This document shows positions 37,694-53,964 of a DNA stretch of 64,000 bases, piece after piece; position 1 is the first letter of the stretch; every line of letters starts with the position of its first letter. Both the position numbers and the translations under genes were made by a program. The notes beneath the pieces were generated by a model that was not told the origin of the DNA, made no database searches, and saw nothing but the letters and a program-made list of their open reading frames with translations. The DNA comes from Octopus vulgaris (lineage: Eukaryota), in contig OX597823.1 in the NCBI GenBank assembly GCA_951406725.2, positions 102,548,001 through 102,612,000 of the forward strand, in the 5' to 3' direction.

Positions 37694-40600
37694 AGTGATA
37701 AGAACCATTCAAATGTTGACATGCATATAGATATATCCAGCAACAGCAGATTGTGTCTCATTATCAAAATATCATTAATTATTATCGATTTCAACATTAA
37801 AAATTGTTTGTCTTCTACCGAAAGCCAAATGAAATGTTCTCAAAAGTGGAATGGCTTATAGTCGTAGTTTCAAACTGATTTCGAAATGTGAAGAGAAAGA
37901 ATATATATTCTTTGTGTTTGTTTCTGTGATTTACTTTACATTTTGCTGCTAGAATTGTATGTTTACATTTGTTTGTTAAATCTACATATGGTGCTAAATT
38001 ATTGATTCTTGTGGTATTAGTCCTGTTTAAAAGAAATAATCTGTCTTTTGTCAATGTATGAGTATATGTACACACATGTATACATGCATAAATGAAAATC
38101 AGATCAATTACTATTCCACTGTCATTTGGGCTGGTTGGTTCTACAAAATAGTTTCTCTGCAGGTGTCCTTGTATATTTGAAAACCTTTGTCCAGGAAACT
38201 ACCTCTCTGTTGTTGCTTAACTTCTTTTTCCTTTTTTAATTTAATACATATTATGCATTTTGTAAAAAAAAGAATAGCATCGTTATAGATTTTGAACAGA
38301 CCAAGCACTGGTCTACTGCATTTCTAATAGCATGAGTAACAAGGAAATATCTTTGTGAGTTGAGTGGAATAAATGCTGCAGGGTATTTTTCTTTGGCATA
38401 CCAGTTTGTTGGCAATTTTCTCACAAATTTGTGAGATATACATATATATATTATGGAGATGTACTTGCATAGCAAGTGACCTGATCTGAGATCGTGTGCT
38501 GGAACGAAAACAATTGCAGCGTAGAAGGTGTTTATAAGCCATTTAAGAAACACACAAAATCCGTTAGATTCACTTCAACATTTAAATATATATAGTTTGC
38601 TGATATACAATTATCTATATTACACACTCACTCACTCTTTTGTGCACACACACACACACAAAACAGGCTTTTGTACAGTTTCTGTTTATTAAGTTTTTAC
38701 TCACAAAGCATTGATCAAACTAAAGATTTGGTAAAAGACACATGCCCCAAAACTAATTTTATCATTTCTCTATTATTTATTTATTTATAGCTTTCTAAAT
38801 AAATCCACCATAAATACATTACACTCATGTCCAGCTGTTCTCTTACTGCTGTTCATAATAAGCTTGTTTTCTAAATGTTTCATCTATGTACTACTAAATA
38901 TGGTTTCCTCTATTTAGCTGTGTGGTTTGTATGAGTCTAACTCTTATTCAGTCCTTTTCTAACATTTTACCATTTTAGACTTCCTTTTTTTTTACCCTAA
39001 TCACACCAGCCACTCTGAATTCTTCTTTCTTGAATTTGTCATTTTAATAATATCAACCTTGTTTTGAATATTTTGATGTGATCTTGTTACAAATATTTTT
39101 TTTAATAATTTTGTTTTATTGTTTTCTTGAAATGATTTAAATTTTGATTTCAATGATTATTTTTTTATTTTATTCCAAAAATACGATTCTAAAAAGAACC
39201 CACTTCATTTTATAACTGTAAACCAAATATTTCAGTACACCTCTCTGTTTTATTCATGTTTTTATTGGCAAATCTTTTATCTTTTGTTCTAATAATTTTA
39301 TTTGAGATTTATTCTCCATAGTGCCCTACTAGTTATAAATAGCCAAGAATCTGACATGGAAAAGATTGTAGGAATCTGTTTATTTGTGCAACCAAAAGAG
39401 TTTTCTTCTCTCTCATAATCCTGTTTCTAAGTAGAGTGTCCATTGTGTGAATGCACTGCTTCCTTTTGGTCAGTGTTGTTGGTCAGTTCAGTTTGGCTGT
39501 TCCCAGTCAAAATGTTATGTCTTAACTTATCTTTTCATGTTTTACTACTGCGTTGTTTATTAAGTACTGCTTTGTGATAATTTATCTACTCATTATTTGT
39601 GAGAACATAGTACTTTGTATGGAGTATTAGTTATTAAGAGTAACCATTGGAAAACCAATTATAGCAGTGACTCAGTCAATTTCAAGCGGTATTTGAAGAA
39701 GGAATTTTTGTATTCCAAAATATTATTATTATATCAGACAATGGATAATTAAATTATAACAGTTCTTATAGTCCACTCTACATTGTTGTGCCATTCAAGA
39801 CACATTATATTTTAGTTATTAAATGCTTTTAATTAAAACTTCATTGTGGTTAACTCAAGATTAACCAGCTTAAAAGCTTCAGATATTAATACTGTCTTCT
39901 GTCAATGTTACTTCACCTAAAACAAGCCAATGAGGTTACTTCTATGTGGTCGTTTGACTTCATAGAAATACTAGCCCAACCTCTTACACTGCTAATGTCT
40001 TACATAAGGAAATGATTCATTAGATAATATGCTTTGACATGCCACTAAAAAAAGACAGCATAGTCATGGCTGCAACGCATAAAGTCTGCTTTTCAGTCAG
40101 AATTTTCCTCGAGTTGAACATTACTAAAGATCTTTGCTAATCATTTGCATAAGATGTTAACATTAATTTTAGATAATCTACTAATCCCAATATGTCTTCC
40201 AAGTAGAAATATTTTAATTTTAAGTATGTGTGTTATATGAGCAGTTAAAGTGACACACAGATTGGTGTGATGGAATTTGTATTTATCACTGGAAAATTCC
40301 AAGATTCTAGTTCTAAGGTTAAAATTTCACTTTATCCTTTAGAATTACAAAAAAAAAAAAGAAACATCTCCTAATTAGTGCAAATTAGCTTTTAAAAATC
40401 TTGATAGAGACAAGTTTGTTGAAGAGAAAATACTAATCTCAAACAAATCTGTACAAAAGAAAAAAATTCATACAACACTAAGACTAAAGTAATTACTCAA
40501 AACTGCAAGCATTTATTGGTATTGAAATGAGAAAACCACTCTAAAACTGTTTGTTACCTTGTCTTGAACTATAACAAGTTGTTTATGGGCCTTAGGGAGC

Positions 40601-40844
40601 TGCTACATACTCACTCAGCCTGTTAGGAGCAACAACTAAATTTCCCTCTAATCAGCTTGGAAAAGCATAGTATACTGTAGAGAATGGCATCACAGATATT
40701 CTTTAGAGCACAGTGATTAATGCTAGAATGTCTTTGATCATGGGTTTGTTCAGTGAAAGTTAGTCTTGTGCTACACTACAACAGTATGACAAAACAAAAA
40801 TGATAAAAAGATTATTTAGATAATGCGGAAGAGGAAAGGTGAGG

Positions 40845-41313
40845 ACAGCTGCATCAGGAAGTGCTGATCTCTAATTGTGGAGGGAACATGTGGAAGGGGT
40901 AGACCCAAGAAGACATGGGATGAAGTGGTAAGAAAGGACCTTCAGACTTTAGGCCTCACAGAGGAGATGACAAGGGACCAAGATTTCTGATGGTCTACTG
41001 TGCTTGAGAAGATAGGTCAAGCTTGGGTAAAACTGTGGCTGTCCATGTGTGCAGGCATGTCCTCTACATCCTTCTCTCAGCTGAGTGATCCTAATCTTGT
41101 GGGCTGATGTGTGCTGGTGCCCTGTCAAAGCAGTTGTGTCAGTGCCACGTAAAAGCACCCATGTTGGTGCCCTGTAAAAGCACACAGTACACTCTATAAA
41201 GTGGCTGGCATTAGGAAGGGCTGTAGATACCATGCTGAAACAGAAGAATGGAGTCCGGGCAGCTCTTCAGCAAACTAGTATGGGAAACAGATGTTAAATG
41301 ATGATGATGATGA
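40845..41313 (+). mobile_element. RTE-clade LINE 3' fragment, decayed
   Basis: EGTCGRGRPKKTWDEVVRKDLQTLGLTEEMTRDQD followed by a diverged 3' UTR and (GAT)n. Confidence 0.8.
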
Positions 41314-43730
41314 TTGCAGGAGCACATTCCATATCTGCTGTCTCTTTAAAACCATGCAGGCCTTTAAACTAGGTGGCCATCCAATCACAAAGCATTTTGG
41401 ACACATCATCAACCATCTCTCTTACCTGAACCAAAAACAAAACATAAATGGCCACAATATTTCCATTTTGAGTGCAAACTCTTTGCTGGGTTGCCAACCA
41501 CTCTCAGTGAACCCTAAGAATTCCAAATGATCATGTACCAAGTGCATACAACCTGTTTTAACTCAAACTTTTAAAGGTACTCAAACAAACTGTATTACAG
41601 AATTATCCTATCTCTATTGCACCCCACCTAGACATCAAGTAAATTTTGACTTTTAGTATTTCCTAAATAATTTGCTGCAGCTTGGGCTTACTATCCCACT
41701 AATGCATTGTTGAGTGCTCATTCTCACTGTTCACCACTATGTATGTGTATATGCAGGGAAATGTTACCTTACTTGGAAATAGGCCAGGGTTGGTTACAGG
41801 TAGAAAATTTATCTCAACAATTTCCATCTGATGCATGAAAAAATGGCTGTTAAACTGATGAGGCTGATATCTGTATATGTCCGTTATTTGCTTGGCAATG
41901 TTTAAGCAACTCAATTCAGGACATGTTAACTCATATTTGGTACTTATATATAATCTTGGTGACTGTATGTTCTACGGAATCAAATGGCATTAATAAATAC
42001 AAATAACTTTGTCCATTTTGATTTGAACAGTCGAACAATGATGATGATGATTGATTTGATTTCTCAGAAAAGTTTTTTAAAAAATGAAAAAAAGAAAAAA
42101 TTAGCTGTTAAAGTTTTAATAGCTTTAGTAAGTTTTCCAGACCTTTAAACCAAACTAAATAATTTAGAAGCAGCCTATACATGCTAAGAACCCCACACAT
42201 GTTGATATAAAGTGTTTAGCATTTTAGTTTAAATTGACTTTCAACATTTCATCCACATACTAACGAAGGTTATCTCATTTTCATCAAGGAGCACAACGTT
42301 CTTATTTTTTTAAATGGTTTATTGAAGAATATCATCTGTCATATTGAACATGTTGGGCAATTACATGAAGAATCTGTCATTAAAAAAGAAATTAGTTGTT
42401 AGGAATATCAACTGCTGAAATGAAAGCGTAAAATTTAGAGATGTTAATTTTATATCATAGACAAATTATTGGCATTCGCATGAACATTAGCACTCGACAA
42501 GAAGTCACCTTAAATTCCATTCTCATTGATTTTCACCCCTGTTCTAAGAACATATAATTAACTGACCATATTCTGTAGTACTTTTTCTGCCAAGAGTTTG
42601 TTCAATTTCACTTAATTGCTTTTATCTTTTGAGAGAAATAAACTAGAAAGGAATTCAACTAAACGGATTTGTACTCTCTGTTCAACAGAGAGATTACCTT
42701 TGTCTTGGAATGACTAGAACAACCATCTTTAGCCATAGAATATTTGGAAATTATCTGAAGATATTTGCTTGTATTGCCACATTAAGAATTGGTATTGCTT
42801 CTTTTTTTTTTTCTTTTTCTTTACCAAGAATGAACATTGTGAATGTTTTTGTGCTTTTGGACACACTGAATTCTATCAGAGATACTGTAAACTGTTTACT
42901 ACTAATTTTGATTATTTTGTTCACTCTTACATTATTCCACTAGGTTTCATTTAGAAAAGCTTTGTCTTTGAGCCCCTAAATACGAGATGTTATGAAGTCA
43001 AATTAGACAGACAAGCCACTTCTTTTCACACTCCTCCATTGGTTTCATTGTACACTGCTCCTTTCTTTGACCTCTTTCTGTTTTCTTATTCTCTTGTTTT
43101 TATCCTAATCTTTCTCTTCTTCAGTCTGAATTTATGAAGTAATATGTATTCATTCTGGGAATATTTCTAAGGACATTTATTAACAAATTTTCTTGTAAAT
43201 CCCAACTGATTTTTGTTTCTTTTTCATACCAGTTTCCAGTTGTTTTTCTTTTCATATTTCTCTGTTCCTACGACATGTCTTAGCTTTTTCTTTCAGTGTC
43301 AGTTATTTCTCACAGTGGTGTCTTCTGAAACTATCTATCCTGTATTGTGGGTTGCATGTCTGCCTTCTTATCTTCGAGATCTTTCCTTCTCTCTTCAACA
43401 ATTGCCCAACTCTGGTTTCTGGGGGCCTGACTATTTGAATGTTTCCCTAACTTTTGACTTTCAGTCTCTCAATTTTTTTTTATTTTTTATTCACTCTTCT
43501 GTCAACATCAGGTGAAAAAAGAGGTAAGGGAGGTAAGACTGTTTACTTACTGCTGCTGCTGCTGGTTTATATAAGTTGATGTTATCCTTGTTTTCTTTCA
43601 TACTATGTTACTATATATCCTGGTTAACTGAGTATTAGTTAAAAAAAACAAAAAATAATAATAAAATGAAAGTTTCCGAATTAAATAAATCAATTTCTAA
43701 ATTCTGTAGATAAACAAAACTTATAATGTC

Positions 43731-44131
43731 TTACTCTTTACTCTCTTTTACTCTTTTACTTGTTTCAGTCATTTGACTGTGGCCATGCTGGAGCACCGCC
43801 TTTAGTCGAGCAAATCGACCCCAGGACTTATTCTTTGTAAGCCCAGTACTTATCCTATCGGTCTCTTTTGCCGAACCGCTAAGTGACGGGGACGTAAACA
43901 CACCAGCATCGGTTGTCAAGCAATGCTAGGGGGACAAACACACACACATACACATATATACATATATACGACAGGCTTCTTTCAGTTTCCGTCTACCAAA
44001 TCCACTCACAAGGCATTGGTCGGCCTGGGGCTAAAGCAGAAGACACTTGCCCAAGATGCCATGCAGTGGAACTGAACCCGGAACCATGTGGTTGGTTAGC
44101 AAGCTACTTACCACACAGCCACTCCTGCGCC
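43731..44131 (-). mobile_element. tRNA-derived SINE family A, full length
   Basis: Reverse complement of 5206-5580, including head, internal microsatellite and tail. Confidence 0.9.
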
Positions 44132-44367
44132 TATCTTAGTTCAGATACTTTTTTTTTTTAACACCTGGAATGAATTATTAGTATGGTACTTGTGTAATTG
44201 CTAACTGTTATTAACAAGCCTAGTCATTAACAAATACATGAATATGGCATGTCATTAGTTGATAGTGAAAGACATTTTAATGAGAGAACAATGCTGATAA
44301 TAATAATAACAATAATGATGATAATGATAATAATAATAATAATAATAAGCAATGATGATAATAATGG

Positions 44368-45175
44368 TTTCAAGTTTTGGCACAGGGCCAGCAGTTTTTG
44401 AGAGGAGGGTGAAGTCTACTACATTAACCCCTGTACTTGTCTGGAACTTATTTTATTGATCCCAAAAGGGTTGAGGGGAAAGTTGACCTCAGTTAAATTT
44501 TAATTCAGGATGTAAAAATGGATGGAAAGCTGCTAAACATTTTGTCTGGCATACTGTTCTGCCAGCTCATTGCCTTTGATAATAACAATAATAATAGATA
44601 TCATCATTATCATCAACATTTATCATCCATTTTCCATGCTGGCATGGGCTGGACAGCTTGACAGGAACTGGCAAGGCCATAGACCGGAGCAGTATCCATA
44701 GTTTGTTTTTGCCTGATTTCTATGGCTGGATGCCCTTCCTAATGCCAACCACTTTACAGAGTATACTGGGTGCTTTTGATGTGGCACCATCACCAGTACT
44801 TTTTATGTGGTTCCAGCATTCACACGAATGCTTTTACAGGCACCTTGATTTTAGGATCTCAATTTTGTTGTAGTAGACAGGGGATCTTGAGGACAGTAAT
44901 GCACCCCATACCTTTGACATCTCCTTCATAGGGTTCAGCAGTTTGAGATGATGATGATAATAATAATAATAATTGTTTCTAATTTAGGTACAAAGCCTGC
45001 AGTTTTGATGGGAGAAAGGGGCTAGTCAATTATATTAATCCCAGTACTTAACTGGTACTTTATTTTATAAAAAGTAAATTTGTCCCCAGCGGAATTTGAA
45101 CTCAGAACATAAATAGCCAGAGGAGATACTGCAAAGCATTTCATCTGACATACTAACGATTCTTTCAATCCACTT
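44368..45175 (-). mobile_element. Two reverse-strand family B-like SINE copies (44368-44580, 44975-45175) around an RTE fragment
   Basis: AAAGTTGACCTC...TTTGAACTCAG...CTGCCAGCTC blocks next to (AAT)n tracts. Similar copies at ~11120-11330. Confidence 0.7.
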
Positions 45176-45544
45176 AATAATAATTCTTTTATACAAACAC
45201 ATTAAACATATTCAAATATCTTATTTGAAAACCAATACGTGACTACCTTCTTTGCCTTTATAGAAAGCATAACAATAATGTAATAATATAGATAAGGTGC
45301 TTACAGCAGGAATCAAAAACCTGATATTAAGATATAAGCAACCAATTTGATAAAACAAAGGAACTGTCCAGAGACAGTTTTTGATTACACCACAGAGCAC
45401 CTCTGATAAATCCATGGTTCCAGTTCCCCCAATGGGCTTTTTTCATTTTTCTGTCTTAAGTTGGTGCTTATAATATTTAATATCATTTACATTAACTTCC
45501 GATCTGTTATTTCTAACTGCAGTCATTTCTGTATTATTATCAAT

Positions 45545-47122
45545 AGCATACTGGACAAAATGCTTAACAACGTTTCTTCTGACTCTTCACATTCTGAGTT
45601 CAAATGCCACTGAGGTCGACTTTGTCTTTCATCCTTTTGGGGCTGATAAATTAAGTACCAGTGAAACACTGGGATCAATGTAATCTACTTGTCCCATCCC
45701 CACGAATTTCAAGCCTTGTGCCTATAGTAGAAAGGATTATTATTATTATTATTAAGGCAAGCTGGCAGAATTGTTCACATGTCAGACAAAATACTTAGTG
45801 ACATTGCTTCCAGCTCTTTATGTTTTTGAGTTCAAGTTCTGTCATGGTCGATTTTGCCTTTCATTCTTTTAGAGTCAATAAAATAAGTGCCAGTCAAGTA
45901 CTGGGATTGATGTAATCAACTTGTTCCCTACCCTCAAAATTGCTGACATTGTGCCAAAATTTGAAATTATTATTATTATTATTTGGATGGTGGATTGGCA
46001 GAATCATTGGACTATTGGATTGAAATGTTTTGCAGTATTTGTTCTGACTCTTAATGTCCCGAGTTCAAATCTCACCAAGGTTAACTGTGTCTTTTCACCC
46101 TTCCAGTGCCAAGAAAATCAAGTACCAGTCAAATACTGGAGTCAGTGGTATGAACTAAACACTCTCCTTTCATGAAAGTTACAGCTGATCTCAGAGCCAG
46201 AACAAATATATTGCAACACTTTTTTTGTGTTATACTCTAATAATTCTGTTAAATCATTAAATGATATAAATTACATTTAGGAAAAAAAAATAAATAAAAA
46301 TGGCAGTTGATGGTAGAATTCCAAAAGTGACGAACAAAAATGCAACATCTTGTTTCATAGCTCTGCATTCTGTTCAAATTCAACCAGACTTGCCTTTCCC
46401 TTTAATCCATCCAAAGTTAATATAATAAAGTACCAGTCAGATACAGGGGATCAATTGTAAATTGACTTTAATTGTCCTGAAAAATTGATGGCTTTGTTTT
46501 TGTGTCAGAAATTATTATTAACTGAATTTTACATTTTGAGTTCAAATCCTGCTGAGGTCAACATTGAATGTCTTCCCTCCATAAAGTACCAGTCAAGTAT
46601 TGAAGTGTATAGTATCAACTACTACTCTCTCCCTTTAAGTTGCTGGTCTTGTGCCTAAATCAGAAACCATATTATCATTAAGAGGGTGAGCTGGCAGAAC
46701 CGTTAGCACACTGGGCAAAATGCTTAGCTGTATTTCGTCTGCCACTACATTCTCAGTTCAAATTCTGCCAAGGTCAACTTTGCCTTTCATCCTTTCGGGG
46801 TCGATAAATTAAGTGGCAATCAAGTACTGAGGTTGGTGTGGTCAACTATCCCCCTCCCCACAAATTCCAGGCCTTGTGCCTTTAGTAGAAAAGATTATTA
46901 TTATTATTAAGGCTGCAAGCTGGCAGAATCGTTAGCATGCTGGGCAAAATGCTTAGTGGCATTTCATCTGTCTTTACATTCTGAGTTCAAATTCCATCAA
47001 GGTCAACTTTGTCTTTCATCCTTTCGGGGTTGATAAATTAAGTACCAGTGAAACACTGAGGTTAATGTAATCGACTAGTCTCCTCCCCTAAAATTTCAGG
47101 CCTTGTGCCTTTAGTAGAAAGG

Positions 47123-47158
<36 letters not shown>

Positions 47159-47900
47159 TTATTATCGTTATTATTATTATGGCTTAGCAGAATCATTGTA
47201 ATATTGATCAAAATGCTTTAGGGTATTTGCTCTGGCGCTCCATGTTCCAACTTCAAATCCCCCAGGAATCAATAAGGAACCAGTGAAGTACTGCAATTGA
47301 TGTAACTGAGTAACCTCCTCTCAAAATTGCTGGCCTTTACCTAAATGAGAAGCAATTATGATTCAAGATCTTTCTATCCTGAGCTCAAATCCCATCAAGG
47401 TCAACTTTGCTTTTCACCCTTTCAGGGGTCAATAAAATAAAGTACCAGTCAAGTACTGGGGTTGATGTAATCTTGCTCCCCCCCCTCAACCGTGTACAGA
47501 AATTAGAAACCATGAGCTGGTAGAATCGTGAGCATGTTGGGCAAAATACTTAGCATTTTTTTCTGGCTCTTTACATTCTGAGTTCAAATTCCACTGAGGT
47601 TGACTTTACCTTTCATCCTTCTGGAAGTCAATAAATTAAGTACCAGTTGAACACTCAGGTCAATGTATTTGACTAGAACCCCCTCCTGCCAGATTTCAGG
47701 CCCTGAGCCTCTAGTAGAAAGGACTATTATTATTAAGGTGGTGAACTGACTTTTGGTATTTTTTCCAGCTTCATGTTCTGAGTTTAAACCTCGCCGAAGA
47801 CAACTTTCCCTTTCATCTTTTAGAAGTCAATAAAATAAGTTCTAGTTGAAACTCTGGGATCAATTTAATTAACTTGCCCATCCCCTCAAAATTACTGGTT
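45545..47900 (+). repeat. Head-to-tail array of about 11 diverged family B-like SINE copies separated by (ATT)n
   Basis: Recurring CTGAGTTCAAAT...GGTCAACTTTGCCTTTCATCC...AAGTACCAGT...GGCCTTGTGCC-type blocks every ~150-230 bp. Confidence 0.85.
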
Positions 47901-50109
47901 TTTGTAATCCCTAGCCTGGCAATGCGACCAAGGAGCTATGCTGGTTTGAAATAAACACTGCAGGCTCAGAAGTGCTACCAAGCAGGACTGTCCAAGGTGC
48001 TTGCAAAGCACCTTACTGCATGCATTTGTGCAGTGTCAACCATTGCTGATTTGTGAAGTTATGTTGAACAGCTGCTATCATGTGTGGGATGGATCTATCA
48101 GCTGAACCTATTGTGAGGATTACCTCGCCACTCACCTCTAACAAGGCAGGGCAGGCCTGTTTCTCTGTGTAGTCACTATGACAAAAAAGGTTATGTGGTG
48201 GATGAAACTAAAAGGATTGAGAAAAGACATCTCCCTCTTCAGTCAAGCACAGTGAGATTGGAGAGACAAATGTGCTTTCAGTAAATTTCTAAAAAGATAG
48301 GTCACTGTGGCAAAAATGCTTAGGGTAAATGGCCCTACTCTAGACATGCACATGTAAATTGGAGAACAACAGTTGGGCGAAGATGTATCTGTGGGCTGCC
48401 TTGATCTACCCAACTTGGAGTTTCTCCTTTATCAAGGACACTGCATCATCCGTTATCACACAATTGTATACTTTGTGCACTTTTATCTCATTTCACTGTT
48501 TTTTCCCCATTTCTTTCTCCTCATCTTCTATGTGGAACCTCACAAATTGTCGACTGCCCTTGTAATGTACCCCTTCTCTATGCTCTTATAGCTAATAAAG
48601 AAAATATTATTATTAACATCAACGATGAGGAGAGCAATTTGAAGCACATGACTGAGACTGTAAAATGTAATTTTTCATACTGTATACTATTACACACCTA
48701 ACCAGGATATAATGATAACAAATTGGTGGTGGTGGTGGTGGTGGTTGATGCATGTTGTAACTTCTTACTATATCAACTGGTTATTGTCTGTACTACTGGT
48801 CAATGGTGCATGGTTCTATTCTACTCAGTGGCAAGGGCTTTTTTGTTTCTTTTTTTTTATATGTTTTTTTTTATTTTGTCCTCTGCGAAACTGGGAACCC
48901 CTACTCAATCAGTTCAGATTGATTCCACATATCATCCTATCCTATGCTGTAATATTCATTGTTAGTCAGAGGAGTGAAAAATAAGGTTCTGAAAGTTGTT
49001 AGTAATGTTTCGAATAGCCACATTACAGATTCTAGATTTCTTTAAAAAATTATTATATAATTTATAATAATAAAAAAAAAGGCCTTTTTTGAAAATAAAT
49101 TTTTTTTGTTCGAACCACTGCTGAATTTCTATTTATTTATTGTTTTCAACTTACCTAATATCTTCATTTGCTAATTCAATCCTGTCAATTTAAACTATTT
49201 GTTTAAAGCACTTAGTGTACGAAAATATTTTTGTGTTTACAAATATTGTCTATTTTATGGAAAACTATACAACATAAAATAGAGGGAAGGTTGTGGCACT
49301 TAGCAAATGTTGATGTCTTTCTGTAAGCACTCAATTTTTGTTTGTTTTTTTCATTTTTACTTTCATTATTATTATTCACACTTCCCTGTTAGACCTTTTT
49401 TGCATGAAACAATGTTTCAAATTTACCTTAAATTGCCCTTTTTTTTTTTTTAGTTATTATAATTGATCTTTTAATTTCATTTTCAATGTACCAAATGAAC
49501 TTGTTCTTTTGAATTTTGTTTCCAAGTTGGAGCAATCTTTTCAAAGATTTAAAAATAGTAAATAGTTAAATTTGACAAAAATGTTAATAAACTGCACCAA
49601 GTTTTATAACTTCAACAATTTGCATCCTTCATGTTACAATTGATTTAAATCTAATTAAATTAACATAAGGCTTTTTTTTTTGTTTATTTTTCTGTCAGTC
49701 AGAAGAATCAATCCATTTTGTATTATCCTAAAACCTTTTGTTACTATTTTGGTCAGTTCTTCATCTTAAAACGTTTACAAAATAATTTAGAAGATATCAA
49801 ATGTTTTGGTCGTCATTGGTTTTATATTAATAATTGTGCTATTCCCTTGTGAGCAGTTTTATTTAATTTCTTTCCCTTTTTTATGTTGTTGTTGATGTTT
49901 ATTTTCATTTTTTAAAACTTGACTCTATCTGAAATAAATTGTTGCTTAGCATTGTTGTAATCATCTATATAAATTGAAATAGCAGAATAGCTGAACACCA
50001 GAAACTCTGTGAGTGTGTATAATGTAGTCAATTATGTGAATAAACAAATTAAATATAACAGCTTGGATTTGATACACAAAATATTTATATATATATATAT
50101 ATATATAAA

Positions 50110-51762
50110 GGGAAAGTTTACGAAAATAAACAAAAGACAAAGGCAGGTGGAGTACAAACAAACAAATATATTAGTAGAGCACTCAGGAATAGAAAGATAC
50201 ACAGAAAAAAACAAGGAGAGAAAAAAAATGTGTGTAGGAGCTAACAATCTATCATGGCGTCCTGACTTCGGACAATGGTCAAACGCGAGAGGGATAGTAG
50301 GGGAGATAACAGGGTCAAGTGACTTCCAATACGAAGGTGCCCCCAACACAAAGGTGCGTGTGATCTGGACGTGTGTGTGTGGGTGGTGTGTTGTGATGTG
50401 ATGTGTAATGTTGTATGGTGTGGTGTTGTGGGGAGGTGGGGGAGGCGAGAGTGGGGAAAGCACAGGTGGGGTGTGGGTAGATAGAGGGTGGGGAAGGGGT
50501 GGGAAGGTGGAGTAGGGGTGAAAAGATGTAGGAGTGAAGAGAAGTAGGAGGAGGGGAGGAGGTTAGATGAAAAGAGGGGAGAGTTGAGCCCAAATGGCGT
50601 AAAAGAGCGAAGAGAGAAGATTAATCCCTGTTCACAGCGCAAGCGGGAATCCGGATGGCCTCTGTCCAAGGACAATCCGAACACAGACAGGTGTTGCAAG
50701 GAGTGACCGGGGGAGCAGAAATGGCGTGAGACTGGAGTGTCATTGGCGAGGCGGATGTCTTGGAGGTGTTCTGTGAACCGGTCAGTCAAGCGGCGTCCCG
50801 TTTGTCCGATGTACAGGGAATGGCAGAGAGAGCAGGAGATGCAATAGATGATATTGCTGGAGGTGCAGGTGAAGGAGTTGATGATGCAATAGGGTCGATG
50901 ATGGGTGCCAGTGAGGAGGGTGGTGTTGGAGAGGTAAGGGCAAGTGCAGCAGGGGAATGAGCCAGGTTGGGAGGTAGGGTTGGGGAAGAAGCTGTGGACC
51001 AAGATGTCTCGTAGGTTATGGGCTCATTTGAAGGAGAGGAGAGGTTGGTTAGGGAAGAGGTGTGAAGTGGAGAGGTCAGACTGGAGATGCCGGAAAGCTC
51101 GAAGAATGGTGTGTTGGAGAGGTACAGTGGTGGGGTGGTAAGTGAGGGGAAAAGGGAGGCGGGAGACTGCAGGGCAGGTTCGAGGAAGAGAGCAGATGCA
51201 CGGTCTACGGAACGTGCTCTGGCAAGGGCGGTGTGGATAGTGGTGAGGGGATATCCACGTAGGATGAAGTGGCAAGCCATGAGTTGAGACTGAGTCTCAA
51301 AGTCATGGTTGTCACTACAGAGCCTACATAGATGGAGGAATTGGGAATAGGGGATGGAAAGCTTGGTGTGTTTGGGGTGGGAGGAAGAGAAGTTTAGGTA
51401 TGAGTGTGAGTCTGTGTGTTTGTAGTGAATGGAGGTGGTAAGAGTGGAGTAATGAATGCTGACCAAAATATCAAGAAAGGAGACAGAGGTGTTGGAGATA
51501 GTGCAGGAGAAGTGGAGGGCAAGATGGAAGGATTTAACAAAAGAGAGGAAGGAGTCTAGATGTTCGCGGGAGAGTGAGGTGGCACTGATACAGACATCAA
51601 TATAACGACCGTATAGTTCAGGAGTGGGACCAGTGAAACTAGAGAATATTTGGGCCGCAACATAGCCAACGAACAGGTTTGCATAGTTGGGGCCCATTCT
51701 CGTTCCCACGGCCACTCCTGAGTTTTGTTGGTAGAACTCACCCACGAACGAGAGACAGCAAA
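50110..51762 (-). mobile_element. Penelope-like retroelement, 5'-truncated and frameshifted (RT C-half plus GIY-YIG)
   Basis: FYQQNSGVAVGTRMGPNYANLFV; GRYIDV (YIDD site mutated); VSFLDI; HYKHTDSHSYLNFSSSHP; then CTSSNIIYCISCSLCHSLYIGQTGRRLTDRFTEH. Confidence 0.92.
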
Positions 51763-51772
51763 GACTCAAGAT

Positions 51773-52018
51773 TTTCAGACAAATATTTAAGTGTGAATAT
51801 ATAGATATTTCTGTCAATAGATCGAATTACACAGAATACAAATAACAGAGATTTAAAGGGGAAGAGGTAAGGTGTTATAAGTCCCCTAGAAACAGCTGTT
51901 GGACTTATAACAGCTTACCTCTTCCCCTTTAATTCTCTTTGTCATTTATACTCTGTGTAAATTTGATCTAGTGATATAAATATCTATATGCTTATACTTA
52001 AATATTCATCATCTGAAA
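51773..52018. repeat. Imperfect ~110-bp-arm fold-back abutting the PLE 5' truncation
   Basis: ...TAAAGGGGAAGAGGTAAGGTGTTATAAGTCC-(CCTAGAAACAGCTGTT)-GGACTTATAACAGCTTACCTCTTCCCCTTTA... Confidence 0.8.
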
Positions 52019-52361
52019 GTCTTTGCTTTCTTTCTGTTTGCATGTATATATATATATTGGATATCAAACCCAAGCTGTTATATTTAATTTGTTTATCCAC
52101 ATAATTGCCCCCATATCTACTTGCTTTGAATCCTCTTATAGCCACTTTTTTACTCTGTGGAATTGGTCCTTCATAAAGACATCAGAGCCTAAGTTCGAAT
52201 CATTTGAGCATTACTGAGTGTTTTCTATACCGTGAATCCCTGGACCTCATCTGTTGACTATCTATATAATGTAGTCATTGATTATGACCAATCAGAATGT
52301 TAACATTAGTATCACGTCTATTTTTGTTCTTAGCAACACAGGTGACTTGTCAGTTCTGCTG

Positions 52362-53964
<1,603 letters not shown>

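Noticed and set aside
40329-40495. Candidate next SMAP exon after TATCCTTTAG
   Set aside because: The required phase-0 frame hits a stop within 15 codons and shows no SMAP similarity.
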